A stretch of DNA of 64,000 nucleotides from positions 41,438 to 105,437 of the forward strand of contig JAYZFC010000007.1 in the NCBI GenBank assembly GCA_036337035.1, given 5' to 3'. Shown here one piece after another: positions 52,067 to 61,333 of the stretch. The DNA is from Pseudomonadota bacterium (GTDB taxonomy: Bacteria > Pseudomonadota > Gammaproteobacteria > Steroidobacterales > Rariloculaceae). Numbering within the stretch: the stretch's first letter is position 1; the number at the start of each line of letters is the position of its first letter. Position numbers and translations under genes: made by a program. Under the pieces are notes generated by a model. It searched no databases and had not been told where the DNA came from. It worked only from the letters and a program-made list of their open reading frames with translations.

Positions 52067-52983
52067 TTTTCATATATATCTGCAAACTTTTTAGGCCTAT
52101 CTCTAAATCTTTTGTAATTCCATACATACTGATCAGGTGAAATTCTTATATATTTCTCTAATTGATTAACTAGTCTCGAAGTATCCTTGATATGATCTTC
52201 AGACGGAAAATTATCAAGTTCTGGAAAGATATCTACTATGTAGCCATGATTATCTGATCTCCTTATGAAATAAGGAAGGATTGTTGCTTTGCTAATTTTT
52301 GCAATTTTAGTAGTTGCTGTATTTGTTAGAGCAGGCTCACCAAAAAAAGGTATTAGCTCGCTATTACTACCTTTATATACATGATCCGCTAGATAAACAA
52401 CAACTTCATTATTCTTAAGCGTCTTAAGCATTAATCTAATGTTATTTTTAGGTATTTGATTTTTTGCAAACCTAGTCCTGCCAGATTTAATCATCATATC
52501 GACCATTTTATTTTTTTGTGGGTTATACATACAATTACTATTTGGACAAATTTCTTCAAGGATGGCACCTGCTATTTCAAGGCATGTAAAGTGAGCTGTA
52601 AAAAGAATAACTCCATTACCCTTATTTAGAGCATTATTAAGATTTTCTATACCATTAACTTTGACTATTTTCTTAACTTTTTTTAAAGATGCAAACCAAG
52701 CAATTGATATTTCAAAAAAAGATATCCCTACAGATTCAAAATGCTTATTAATTAAACTCTTTTTATTTTTATCACTTATTTCAGGGAAACAAGTAGAAAT
52801 ATTTTTTCTCACTATATTTAGATGTTTCTTGGCTAGTACCATAATTACTTTTCCTAATATCTTTCCAAATAGTATTTGAAACCTATAAGGAATATAAATA
52901 GCTATTTTTAGAAAATACCATATGATCCAAAGATAGATGTATCTAATTCTAAGAAATTCTTTTATTGTTAACTTATATTTCAT
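52063..52983 (-). CDS. Lipid A biosynthesis late acyltransferase (LpxL/LpxM family), copy 1
   Basis: 306 aa. N-terminal TM anchor, HFTCLE (HX4E-type) acyltransferase motif, PDQYVWNYKRF C-terminus. Confidence 0.8.
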   Translation of the reverse strand: MKYKLTIKEFLRIRYIYLWIIWYFLKIAIYIPYRFQILFGKILGKVIMVLAKKHLNIVRKNISTCFPEISDKNKKSLINKHFESVGISFFEISIAWFASLKKVKKIVKVNGIENLNNALNKGNGVILFTAHFTCLEIAGAILEEICPNSNCMYNPQKNKMVDMMIKSGRTRFAKNQIPKNNIRLMLKTLKNNEVVVYLADHVYKGSNSELIPFFGEPALTNTATTKIAKISKATILPYFIRRSDNHGYIVDIFPELDNFPSEDHIKDTSRLVNQLEKYIRISPDQYVWNYKRFRDRPKKFADIYEN

Positions 52984-52985
52984 AA

Positions 52986-53903
52986 TTATTTATTGTATAG
53001 ATTTGAATACGGTTTAGGACTACCCTTAAATTTTCTATGTATCCAATTATATTGTTCAGGACATTCTTTAATATAGCTTTGTAGCTCATCCATCAAATAC
53101 TGCGTATCTAAATTAATATTTCCGGTAGGGAAATTTTTTATTGGCTTGCCTATATCTAATATGTAGCCTTTATTATTTGGTAGTCTTTTGCAGAAGTAAG
53201 TTAAAACGGCTGCACCACTAATTTTAGCAATTCTGCTAGTAGCTGTATTAGTCATTGTAGGAATACCAAAAAAATTTATAAGACTACTATATTTCTGCTG
53301 ATAACTTTGGTCTGGCGCATACCAAACAATATAATTGTTTGATAGACTTTTAATCATATCTCTGACATTTTCCTCTGGGTAAAGGTGATCTATAGATCTT
53401 TCTCTTCCTTTTGTCATAATTTTATTAAGAAGTTCATTTTTTTGAGATCTATACATAGCAGATATTTTTGGATACACAGACTCCAAAGCCGGAAAGAAAA
53501 ATTCAAAAGTAGTAAAGTGGCCACAAAAAAGTATTACCCCTTTTCCTTTACTAAGAGCTATTTCTAAATTCTCTTTTCCATTTATTTTTATTAAACTTCT
53601 TATCTTTTTCTTTGATCCAAACCATGCCATAGATAATTCAGTTAGAGATATACCTAGACATTCAAAATGTTTTTTTCTAAGATTAATTTTTTCTTCTTGG
53701 TTTAATCTAGGAAAGCATATTTTTATATTTGAATCTGCTATTTTTCTTCTTTTTCTAGCAAATATGTGAATAATTTTTCCTAATATTTTTCCTATAGATA
53801 TTTGAAGATGATGGGGCAATAGTGCTAATAACCTCATCAAGAGATAAAAAATCCATGTAACGAAATATAGAGGTGAAAAAAAATTAAGTATTCTTACATT
53901 CAT
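52986..53903 (-). CDS. Lipid A biosynthesis late acyltransferase (LpxL/LpxM family), copy 2
   Basis: 305 aa, a tandem paralog of the previous gene. HFTTFE motif, PEQYNWIHRKF C-terminus. Confidence 0.8.
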   Translation of the reverse strand: MNVRILNFFSPLYFVTWIFYLLMRLLALLPHHLQISIGKILGKIIHIFARKRRKIADSNIKICFPRLNQEEKINLRKKHFECLGISLTELSMAWFGSKKKIRSLIKINGKENLEIALSKGKGVILFCGHFTTFEFFFPALESVYPKISAMYRSQKNELLNKIMTKGRERSIDHLYPEENVRDMIKSLSNNYIVWYAPDQSYQQKYSSLINFFGIPTMTNTATSRIAKISGAAVLTYFCKRLPNNKGYILDIGKPIKNFPTGNINLDTQYLMDELQSYIKECPEQYNWIHRKFKGSPKPYSNLYNK

Positions 53904-53991
53904 TTTTATTTTAAAATTAAATTATTATACATGCTTATATTTCTGGGCTATATTTTACTAAATAATCACTCAATAAAAAAAATAAATTATT

Positions 53992-54513
53992 ATGTATATT
54001 AGTTACTATTATCTTAGAAATCTATTTCTAACTTTATTTATATTTATATATAGTATTGAAGCTGTAGCTGAGAGCATGCCTATTATTCCTAAAGCTGACT
54101 ATATTTTAGTAATTAAGTCAGAAAGAAAGCTGATACTTTATAGTCAAGATACTGTAATTAAAGAATTTGATATTTCTTTAGGCCTAGCACCAAAAGGCGC
54201 TAAGATAAGAGAAGGAGACTTTAGAACTCCAGAAGGAAGGTACTACATTGAGTCTAAGAATCCAGATAGTAATTATTTTTTATCCTTAAAAATTTCATAC
54301 CCTAACGAAAAGGAAGCTTCTTTTGCTATAAAGAATGGCTATAGCCCAGGGGGTCTTATAATGATTCATGGTCAACCAAATAATTCAGAATTTATTGAAA
54401 ATGAAGTTAAAAACTGGGATTGGACAGATGGTTGTATAGCAGTTTCTAATAGTGATATGCGTTATATTTGGGAAAGTGTTAATGAATTTATTCCTATTGA
54501 GATTAGGCCTTGA
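53992..54513 (+). CDS. L,D-transpeptidase (YkuD) family protein
   Basis: 173 aa. Signal peptide, then IMIHGQP...TDGCIAVSNSDM (catalytic His/Cys pattern). Confidence 0.75.
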   Translation: MYISYYYLRNLFLTLFIFIYSIEAVAESMPIIPKADYILVIKSERKLILYSQDTVIKEFDISLGLAPKGAKIREGDFRTPEGRYYIESKNPDSNYFLSLKISYPNEKEASFAIKNGYSPGGLIMIHGQPNNSEFIENEVKNWDWTDGCIAVSNSDMRYIWESVNEFIPIEIRP

Positions 54514-54610
54514 AATCTCTTAGGTTTTTTTTAACTTAATTTATAAGAAAAAAGTAGTTAGAATATATGATCAAAATAAATATTATATCATTCTAATTAA
54601 AGAGAAAATT

Positions 54611-55021
54611 ATGAAATTTAAGGATAAGAGTAGAAAATCAAATTTACAGGAAAAACTTACACCTGAGCAGTATAGAGTTACACAAGAAGCAGGTACTGAA
54701 ATGCCATTTACTGGGAAATATAATGAAAATAAAGAAAAAGGAATATATTTTTGTATTTGTTGTGGCGAAAAACTTTTCTCTTCTGAAAGTAAGTTTGATT
54801 CAGGCACAGGTTGGCCTAGTTTTACATCTCCTATTTCTAATGAAAATTTAGTTAAAAAAGATGATCATTCAAAGGGCTATTTGAGAGAAGAGGTAGTTTG
54901 TTCTAAGTGCGATGCTCATTTAGGACATGTTTTTCCAGATGGTCCAGCGCCAACCAATACACGATATTGTATAAATTCTGCAGCATTAGACTTTTCAAAG
55001 GAAGATAAAAATAAATCTTAA
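54611..55021 (+). CDS. msrB: Peptide methionine-R-sulfoxide reductase
   Basis: 136 aa. Two CxxC zinc motifs ([21 protein letters not shown]) and RYCINS at the active site. Confidence 0.95.
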   Translation: MKFKDKSRKSNLQEKLTPEQYRVTQEAGTEMPFTGKYNENKEKGIYFCICCGEKLFSSESKFDSGTGWPSFTSPISNENLVKKDDHSKGYLREEVVCSKCDAHLGHVFPDGPAPTNTRYCINSAALDFSKEDKNKS

Positions 55022-55026
55022 CCATT

Positions 55027-55485
55027 ATGCTAGATAAATTAAAATCTTTTTTTGATAAATCATTTTCTAAAGAAAGTGAAACAGAATCTAATGAGCGTGA
55101 AAATGCATTAAAATTAGCAACAGCAACTCTTTTAATTGAAGTTGTTAGGGCAGATTATGAAGAGGATAAAAATGAAATTGATGAAGTTATTTCTCAATTA
55201 AAATCTTTTTTTGATTTATCTGATGAGGAGGCTGAGCTTCTATTGACAGAGGCTAAGGATAATTCTGATCACTCAGTTTCTTTACAAGAATTCACTAGAT
55301 TATTGCATGAAGAATTGTCAATAGATGAGAAAAACTTAATTATTACTATGTTATGGAAAGTCGCTTTTTCAGATAAAAATCTTGATAAATATGAAGATTA
55401 TATAGTTAGAAAAATATCAGATCTACTTTATATTCCCCATAGTGAAATGATAAGATTAAGAAACATTGTAAAAAACAATATATAA
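55027..55485 (+). CDS. TerB-family (tellurite-resistance-like) protein
   Basis: 152 aa, acidic and helical. ATATLLIEVVRADYEEDKNEIDEV resembles the TerB/COG4103 family. Confidence 0.6.
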   Translation: MLDKLKSFFDKSFSKESETESNERENALKLATATLLIEVVRADYEEDKNEIDEVISQLKSFFDLSDEEAELLLTEAKDNSDHSVSLQEFTRLLHEELSIDEKNLIITMLWKVAFSDKNLDKYEDYIVRKISDLLYIPHSEMIRLRNIVKNNI

Positions 55486-55499
55486 TTAAATAATTATTT

Positions 55500-56039
55500 C
55501 TAAATTACTAGATTAGTATTAGGGATAGCTATAGAGATAGAGTTTAAAATTATTAATGCTAGTATAGGGGAAAAATCAATACCCCCCGTAAGTGGTAAAA
55601 TTTTTCTGAAGGGTGATAAAAAAGGCTCAATTATTTCAGATAGAAGTGCTATTAATGGATTATAATTAAGCGGTAGCCAGCTAAGCACAGCATGAATAAT
55701 GATCCCCCAAGTATATAGCGATACTAATGAATTTAAGAATTTTATAATTGAGATAAGGATTAAGTCCGAATAAGGCATTTCCCTAGATACTGAAAATAGC
55801 AGAAACCAGAATACGACAGATTGCAGAAAAATCCATATTATTAAAATAGATAGATTAAAGTTTCCAATTCTTGGAATAAACTTAAATGGCCTTGTTATTG
55901 GGTCTGTTATATTTATTATTAATTGGGCTATTGGGTTGTAATAGTCTGCTCTAAGCAGCTCTAGAACTAGACGAAATAGCAGCGCCATTAAGTAAAGATC
56001 TGTTATTGTTTGAATGATATAAAGTAATGAATTATGCAT
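55500..56039 (-). CDS. yggT: YggT-family integral membrane protein
   Basis: 179 aa, with two YGGT-like repeats (PITRPFKFIP..., PFLSPFRKILP...); downstream of yggS. Confidence 0.8.
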   Translation of the reverse strand: MHNSLLYIIQTITDLYLMALLFRLVLELLRADYYNPIAQLIINITDPITRPFKFIPRIGNFNLSILIIWIFLQSVVFWFLLFSVSREMPYSDLILISIIKFLNSLVSLYTWGIIIHAVLSWLPLNYNPLIALLSEIIEPFLSPFRKILPLTGGIDFSPILALIILNSISIAIPNTNLVI

Positions 56040-56081
56040 ATCTACAATTCTAATCTATTCTAGCTTGATATAGTAATATCT

Positions 56082-56759
56082 TTATAGTCTTTTTCCAAAA
56101 ATTGAACTTCCTATTCTAATTATTGTGCTACCTTCAATTATTGCTTCCTCAAAATCAGAAGACATGCCCATAGATAAGGTATCAAGAGAAAAACCATTTT
56201 TAATAATGGTTTTTTTTAACATCCTAAGATCTGAAAAATATTTTTTAGAGCTACCTATTTTTGGTGGAATGCTCATCAGCCCTCTTAGCTTAAGATTTGG
56301 CAGGTTATGTATTGTATTGACTAGATTTGCTAAGTCATCTAGTTGATTTAAACCTCCCTTATGAATTTCTTGTCCTTGATTTATTTGTATACATACATTT
56401 AAAGGTTGTTTATTTCTTGGACGATATAAACTAAGTCTTTTAGCAATTTTAGATCTATCAATTGTATGTACCCAATCAAAATATTCAGCTATATCTTTAG
56501 TTTTATTTGATTGTATTTTTCCTATAAAGTGCCACTTAATGTTAAGTTTCTTTAAATTCTTAATTTTTTCAATTGCTTCTTGACAGAAGCTTTCTCCAAA
56601 ATTATTTATTCCTAGATTATAAGCTTCATGTATTTCAACCGTTGTCTTTTTTTTACTGACAGCAAGTAGTGTTATCTCATTTTCATTCCTTTGAGATTTT
56701 AAAGATGCATTTTTAATCTTAGATTTAATTATAGATATTTTTTTTTCTATTGTGTTCAA
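56082..56759 (-). CDS. yggS: PLP-homeostasis protein YggS
   Basis: TLLAVSKKK (PLP lysine) and GMSSDFEEAI motifs. I prefer the TTG at 56759 (MNTIEKKISIIK, 10 nt after the upstream stop). The listed ORF start at 56831 would overlap the upstream gene by 62 nt. Confidence 0.85.
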   Translation of the reverse strand: MNTIEKKISIIKSKIKNASLKSQRNENEITLLAVSKKKTTVEIHEAYNLGINNFGESFCQEAIEKIKNLKKLNIKWHFIGKIQSNKTKDIAEYFDWVHTIDRSKIAKRLSLYRPRNKQPLNVCIQINQGQEIHKGGLNQLDDLANLVNTIHNLPNLKLRGLMSIPPKIGSSKKYFSDLRMLKKTIIKNGFSLDTLSMGMSSDFEEAIIEGSTIIRIGSSIFGKRL

Positions 56760-56769
56760 AATTATCTTT

Positions 56770-57654
56770 TTATTTATCTTTAAACATTTCAGAATATACT
56801 TCATTGGCCTTAAATACAGGGCCATCAACACATACTCTTTTCATTTCATATCCATTTTTAGTTTTAATTTTAATTGTGCAACCTGCACACCCACCTACAC
56901 CACAAGCCATAAACTCTTCAACTGCAATTTGACAGGGCAAATTAAATTTTTTAGCTAAAAGGGCTGTTGCTTCTAGCATTGGTTCTGGTCCACAGGATAT
57001 AATTTGTATATTATTTAACTCTTTATTTGTTTTAGTTTTAAGCCATTTTTCTGCTAATTCAGTAACATAGCCTTTGAAACATCCTTCAATATCAGAATGA
57101 CTAGCTAGTCTTGATTTAAACCCTAATTTTTTGATGTTATTAATTGTCTTTGTTGTATTATCAGGTATACCATTAATTAATCCATTATCTTTTGATGTTT
57201 TAAGAGGGAAGGGAACTTCAGAGCCCATCATCACAAAAACCTCTATATTTTTGTAATTTTTTAAATAATTCGCTAGAAAATATATAGGTGGTATTCCTAC
57301 GCCTCCACCTATTGCTAATATAGAAGACCTATCTTTTTCTATATTAAAGCCATTCCCAATTGGACCTAGACAGCTTATTATATCTCCAATCTTTTTTTTA
57401 GTAAGATGTTCGAGACCGTTACCTATTGGTTTATACAATAAATCAATCCATTGTTGTTTTGGGTTTGTTTCCATAATTGAAAGTGGTCTTCTCATTGGTA
57501 TTGATGGATCACACGATAAATGAACAAAAGATCCTGGAATTGCAGATTCTGAGCATTTTGGAGCTTCCAATCTTATGATATGTTGACTACCCTTGTGGGA
57601 AGTTTGAGAAATAATTTTGGCATCTTCCAGGAAGATTTTTTTATCATTCATCAT
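56770..57654 (-). CDS. PyrK-like FAD / [2Fe-2S] oxidoreductase (dihydroorotate dehydrogenase B electron-transfer subunit family)
   Basis: 294 aa. RRPLSI flavin motif, AIGGGVGIPP NAD fold, and C-terminal cluster CGVGGCAGC...CVDGPVF. Confidence 0.75.
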   Translation of the reverse strand: MMNDKKIFLEDAKIISQTSHKGSQHIIRLEAPKCSESAIPGSFVHLSCDPSIPMRRPLSIMETNPKQQWIDLLYKPIGNGLEHLTKKKIGDIISCLGPIGNGFNIEKDRSSILAIGGGVGIPPIYFLANYLKNYKNIEVFVMMGSEVPFPLKTSKDNGLINGIPDNTTKTINNIKKLGFKSRLASHSDIEGCFKGYVTELAEKWLKTKTNKELNNIQIISCGPEPMLEATALLAKKFNLPCQIAVEEFMACGVGGCAGCTIKIKTKNGYEMKRVCVDGPVFKANEVYSEMFKDK

Positions 57655-57663
57655 AGTTAAAAA

Positions 57664-58623
57664 TTATTTTGCATTTGATATATTATCAAATACAAGAGAA
57701 AGTATAGACATTCTTATCGCCATACCATTTGTGACTTGTTCTCTAATCACAGAATTATTTCCATCAGCTACAGCATCTTCAATTTCTATGTTTCTATTCA
57801 TAGGGCCTGGATGCATTAATATTACATCTGGCTTAGCTAATTTTAAAATTTCATTTGTTACACCAAAATTTTTAAAGTATTCTTTTTCATTTGGTATATT
57901 AGATTCTTCTTTAAATCGTTCTTTTTGAATTCTTAGGGCCATAATAACATCAGCATTTATTACACCATCTTCTATAGATGTATATTTTTTTGCTGAATTA
58001 AAATGATTGTCAGGCATTAGCTCTTCAGGGGCAATAAGTCGAATATCAGTTACATTAAATTTAGATAGAATTTTATATGTAGATCTTGCTACTCTTGAGT
58101 GTTTTATATCACCAACAATAGCAACAGAGGTACTACTCAAGTTTTTCTTATACTTTTGTATAGTCATCATATCTAGTAATGCTTGTGTTGGATGAGATGT
58201 ATCTGATTCTCCTGCGTTAAGCACAGATACTCCTTGACCTACATGCTTTGCTATTTTTTCACTAATCCCAGTTTGTGCATCTCTAATAATGAAAACATTT
58301 ACATATAGTGATTCTAATGTATGAATTGTATCAATAATATTTTCTCCTTTAATTCTAGAAGAAGTATTAACATCTAGGTTGATTACATCAGCACCCAGTT
58401 TTTTAGCTGCAAGCTCGAAAGAAGCTCTAGTTCTTGTGCTCGGCTCAAAGAATAGGTTTGCTACTGTATAGCCAGAAAGGATTTTATTAAAGGATTTATT
58501 TTTAAATTCTAATTCTAGATATTCTATTGCTCTATTAATTATATTTTGTAATAGGCTTGGATCTAGATCATCGAGGGATATTAAGTGTATTAAGTTACCT
58601 TTTTCACTAACTTGTTTTAGCAT
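57664..58623 (-). CDS. pyrB: Aspartate carbamoyltransferase catalytic subunit
   Basis: 319 aa. FFEPSTRTR, HPTQ and HPGPMNR motifs. Confidence 0.96.
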   Translation of the reverse strand: MLKQVSEKGNLIHLISLDDLDPSLLQNIINRAIEYLELEFKNKSFNKILSGYTVANLFFEPSTRTRASFELAAKKLGADVINLDVNTSSRIKGENIIDTIHTLESLYVNVFIIRDAQTGISEKIAKHVGQGVSVLNAGESDTSHPTQALLDMMTIQKYKKNLSSTSVAIVGDIKHSRVARSTYKILSKFNVTDIRLIAPEELMPDNHFNSAKKYTSIEDGVINADVIMALRIQKERFKEESNIPNEKEYFKNFGVTNEILKLAKPDVILMHPGPMNRNIEIEDAVADGNNSVIREQVTNGMAIRMSILSLVFDNISNAK

Positions 58624-58674
58624 CTACACCACCATTTATCTATCATTATACAGTGGAAAAAAATTAATTTAAAG

Positions 58675-59091
58675 CTAACACCAATAATCCTTACTTTTAG
58701 ATGAATATTCAATTGCTAATCCTTCATTTAAAATAAGATTTCCTAAATTAATTCCATCAATATATACATCTGCTATTAATCTAAAAAAATTTCCTCTTTC
58801 AATATTTCTTAATTCAACTACTATTGCAGATTCTAATAACTTTTTTGTTCTATCTCTTGCTTTAATTGCAATTTTCTTTTCTATTTCACATTGAGCTGAT
58901 ATCTCAGGAGCATCTATATCCTTAATTCTTATTCTAATGTTTTTACCAATTATTGGTGGGTAACTATCTATATCAGCTCTAAAAGTATCCCCATCATAAA
59001 CACTAATTAATTTATCTATCCTAATAGATCCATATTCAGTATAAGCAATAAAAGGAACAACAATTATTAATAGGACTAAATATTTATCCAT
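58675..59091 (-). CDS. Secreted staphylococcal-nuclease-like (thermonuclease) protein
   Basis: 138 aa. Signal/anchor MDKYLVLLIIVVPFIAYT; VYDGDTFRADI and IRIKDIDAPE match the SNase DGDT...(G/D)IDAPE pattern. Confidence 0.75.
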   Translation of the reverse strand: MDKYLVLLIIVVPFIAYTEYGSIRIDKLISVYDGDTFRADIDSYPPIIGKNIRIRIKDIDAPEISAQCEIEKKIAIKARDRTKKLLESAIVVELRNIERGNFFRLIADVYIDGINLGNLILNEGLAIEYSSKSKDYWC

Positions 59092-59512
59092 ACATCATCC
59101 ATTGTTCTGCAATTAGTCTAGCTGAGTAACCATCAATATCTTGCTTTTTTATTCTTTTCTTTTTTATACCAATTTTTCTATGATCCTTTAGAATACTTTT
59201 TGCCTCAACTGAAGTAAATGATTCATCAACAGTATTTACTGGTAATCTGAATCTAATTTCAATATCTTTTTTAAATTTATAACATTTATTAACTATGTTG
59301 CTTTTAGATTTTTGTTCTGGAATTCCTATAATTATTTTATCTGGAGACCATTCAGATATAATTTTTTCTATCTTATTCCATGGTATTTTTTTATCATATT
59401 CGATAGTTGTTATAGGTGATGCGGTTTTTGTAAATAGATTACCTGAGGCAATACCTATTTTCTTTTCTCCGAAGTCAAAAGCTAAAATTAATTTACAGTC
59501 AGATTGGATCAT
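59084..59512 (-). CDS. ruvX: Putative pre-16S rRNA nuclease / Holliday junction resolvase-like YqgF
   Basis: 142 aa, ILAFDFGEKKIGIASGN N-terminal motif; downstream of gshB. Confidence 0.9.
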   Translation of the reverse strand: MIQSDCKLILAFDFGEKKIGIASGNLFTKTASPITTIEYDKKIPWNKIEKIISEWSPDKIIIGIPEQKSKSNIVNKCYKFKKDIEIRFRLPVNTVDESFTSVEAKSILKDHRKIGIKKKRIKKQDIDGYSARLIAEQWMMYG

Positions 59513-59516
59513 TTAT

Positions 59517-60470
59517 TCAGATTATTTTTAATACCTCATCAAAAAATATTTTGGCAACATCTATATTTGCACCTGCTTTAATTTCTTTTGCTCCTGTAGG
59601 GCTAGTTATATTAATTTCAGTGATATACTCCCCAATTACATCTATACCTGCTAAATATATTCCTTTATTGATTAGTAGAGGGCCAATATATGAGCATATT
59701 TCTAGTTCTTTTTTAGTTAATTTACTTATTTTCTTTGATGATCCCATAGCTAGATTACCTCTAGTATCACCTTCTTTTGGTATCCTTACTAAAGAATATT
59801 TTATTGGCTCACCATTAATTATGATAATTCTTTTATCGCCTTTAGTTATTTCTTTAATATATTTTTGAGCAATCACAAATCGATTATTATTCTTCGTCAT
59901 AACCTCTATAATTACATTGGTATTTAAATCTTTTTCATCAATTACAAATATTGATTGCCCTCCCATACTATCAAGAGGCTTAATAACTATTTTTTTGTAC
60001 TGTTTGAGGAAATTTTTAATTTGATTAATATTGTTAGTGATTATATGAGCTGGTGTAAGATCTGGAATCCATGCCGTATATGATTTCTCATTTATGTCTC
60101 TAAGTGATTTTGGATTATTAATAACTTTTACGCCATTTTTTTCTGCAAGATCCAATATGTAAGTAGTATAAATATAAGCCATATTAAATGGAGGATCTTT
60201 TCTCATTAATAACATATCTAGTTTGGAAAGCTCTTCCTCCCAAGATTTAATACATTCAAAGTATTTTTTTGATCCAGGAAATACTTCTATTTCATAGCCT
60301 TTTCCATACGCCAAGCCATTTTTTATATATAATCCATTTTGTTCAAAATATATTATATTTAATGATCTTTTTTTTGCTTCTAAAAGAAGCTCTAGAGTTG
60401 TATCTTTTTCTGGATTGATATTATTAATATCATCCATAATTACACCAATATTAATTTTTTTATTGTCCAT
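59517..60470 (-). CDS. gshB: Glutathione synthetase (prokaryotic ATP-grasp type)
   Basis: 317 aa. LLMRKDPPFNMAY, KPLDSMGGQSIF and EINITSPTG motifs. Confidence 0.93.
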   Translation of the reverse strand: MDNKKINIGVIMDDINNINPEKDTTLELLLEAKKRSLNIIYFEQNGLYIKNGLAYGKGYEIEVFPGSKKYFECIKSWEEELSKLDMLLMRKDPPFNMAYIYTTYILDLAEKNGVKVINNPKSLRDINEKSYTAWIPDLTPAHIITNNINQIKNFLKQYKKIVIKPLDSMGGQSIFVIDEKDLNTNVIIEVMTKNNNRFVIAQKYIKEITKGDKRIIIINGEPIKYSLVRIPKEGDTRGNLAMGSSKKISKLTKKELEICSYIGPLLINKGIYLAGIDVIGEYITEINITSPTGAKEIKAGANIDVAKIFFDEVLKII

Positions 60471-60503
60471 ATATTTTCCAAATGATATGTTAAATAATAA
60501 TCT

Positions 60504-61259
60504 CTACAAGTCACCCCATTTATTTTGAATCAGAGAGCAGGCTGATATAGCAGCGGTTTCAACTCTCAACAGTCTTGGTCCTAGCGATATTTTTTGAAAT
60601 CCAGCCTTGCTTATCAGCTGCAAGTCAATATCACTTAATCCTCCCTCAGGGCCAATTATGACTAAAATGTTTTTAGGAGCCACTTTTAAATTTAAAAAAT
60701 CTGAAAAATTAATAGATTGTTTTGATGGATGAAGGACAATTTTTGTACTTTTAGGGTTAATTTTTTCTAGGCAGGACTCTAATTTTTGTGGATTATTAAT
60801 TTTCACGGGGACATGTCTTCCGGACTGCTCACATGCGCCATAGGATATTTTTTCCCAATGTTGCAACCTTTTTTTAGCGCTATCAGCCTGTATTTTTATT
60901 ATGCTGTATTGGGTAAAAACTGGATAAATATCATAGATACCGAGTTCTGTGGATTTCTGGATAATGTTGTCTATTACTCCTGATCTTGGCAATCCTTGAA
61001 TTAGAGTAATTTTAATTCCTGGTTCTTTTAATGGTATTAAATTTTTATTTATTTTCAGGGTAGCTTCTTTATGAGCTAATTTTTCTATAATACACTCCTT
61101 TTCTTGGCCTTTGCCATTAAATAGATTGACCTTTCTACCTGCATTAAGTCTTAAAACATTTCTTATGTAATGTATGCTTTCAGCATCTAAATTAACAAAT
61201 TCTCCTTCTAGTTCAGAAGGGATATATAACCTTGGTATGTTTTTTTTCTTTATCTTCAT
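60504..61259 (-). CDS. rsmE: 16S rRNA (uracil1498-N3)-methyltransferase
   Basis: 251 aa. RNVLRLNAG N-domain and the C-terminal SPOUT knot IGPEGGLS...LGPRLLRVETA. Confidence 0.88.
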   Translation of the reverse strand: MKIKKKNIPRLYIPSELEGEFVNLDAESIHYIRNVLRLNAGRKVNLFNGKGQEKECIIEKLAHKEATLKINKNLIPLKEPGIKITLIQGLPRSGVIDNIIQKSTELGIYDIYPVFTQYSIIKIQADSAKKRLQHWEKISYGACEQSGRHVPVKINNPQKLESCLEKINPKSTKIVLHPSKQSINFSDFLNLKVAPKNILVIIGPEGGLSDIDLQLISKAGFQKISLGPRLLRVETAAISACSLIQNKWGDL

Positions 61260-61333
61260 TCAGTTATAATTAATTATAAATTAAAAAATAATATCTTTAA
61301 TGTTACTTCTATTTTTTTCATTATAAACATAAT

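Noticed and set aside
56760-56831. Listed long start (56831) and internal ATG (56804) for yggS, overlapping the PyrK-like gene by 62 or 35 nt
   Set aside because: Alignment to the E. coli YggS N-terminus (from memory) fits the TTG at 56759, 10 nt after the upstream stop. The extension (MLMALYLRPMKYILKCL) has no counterpart. The true start remains uncertain.
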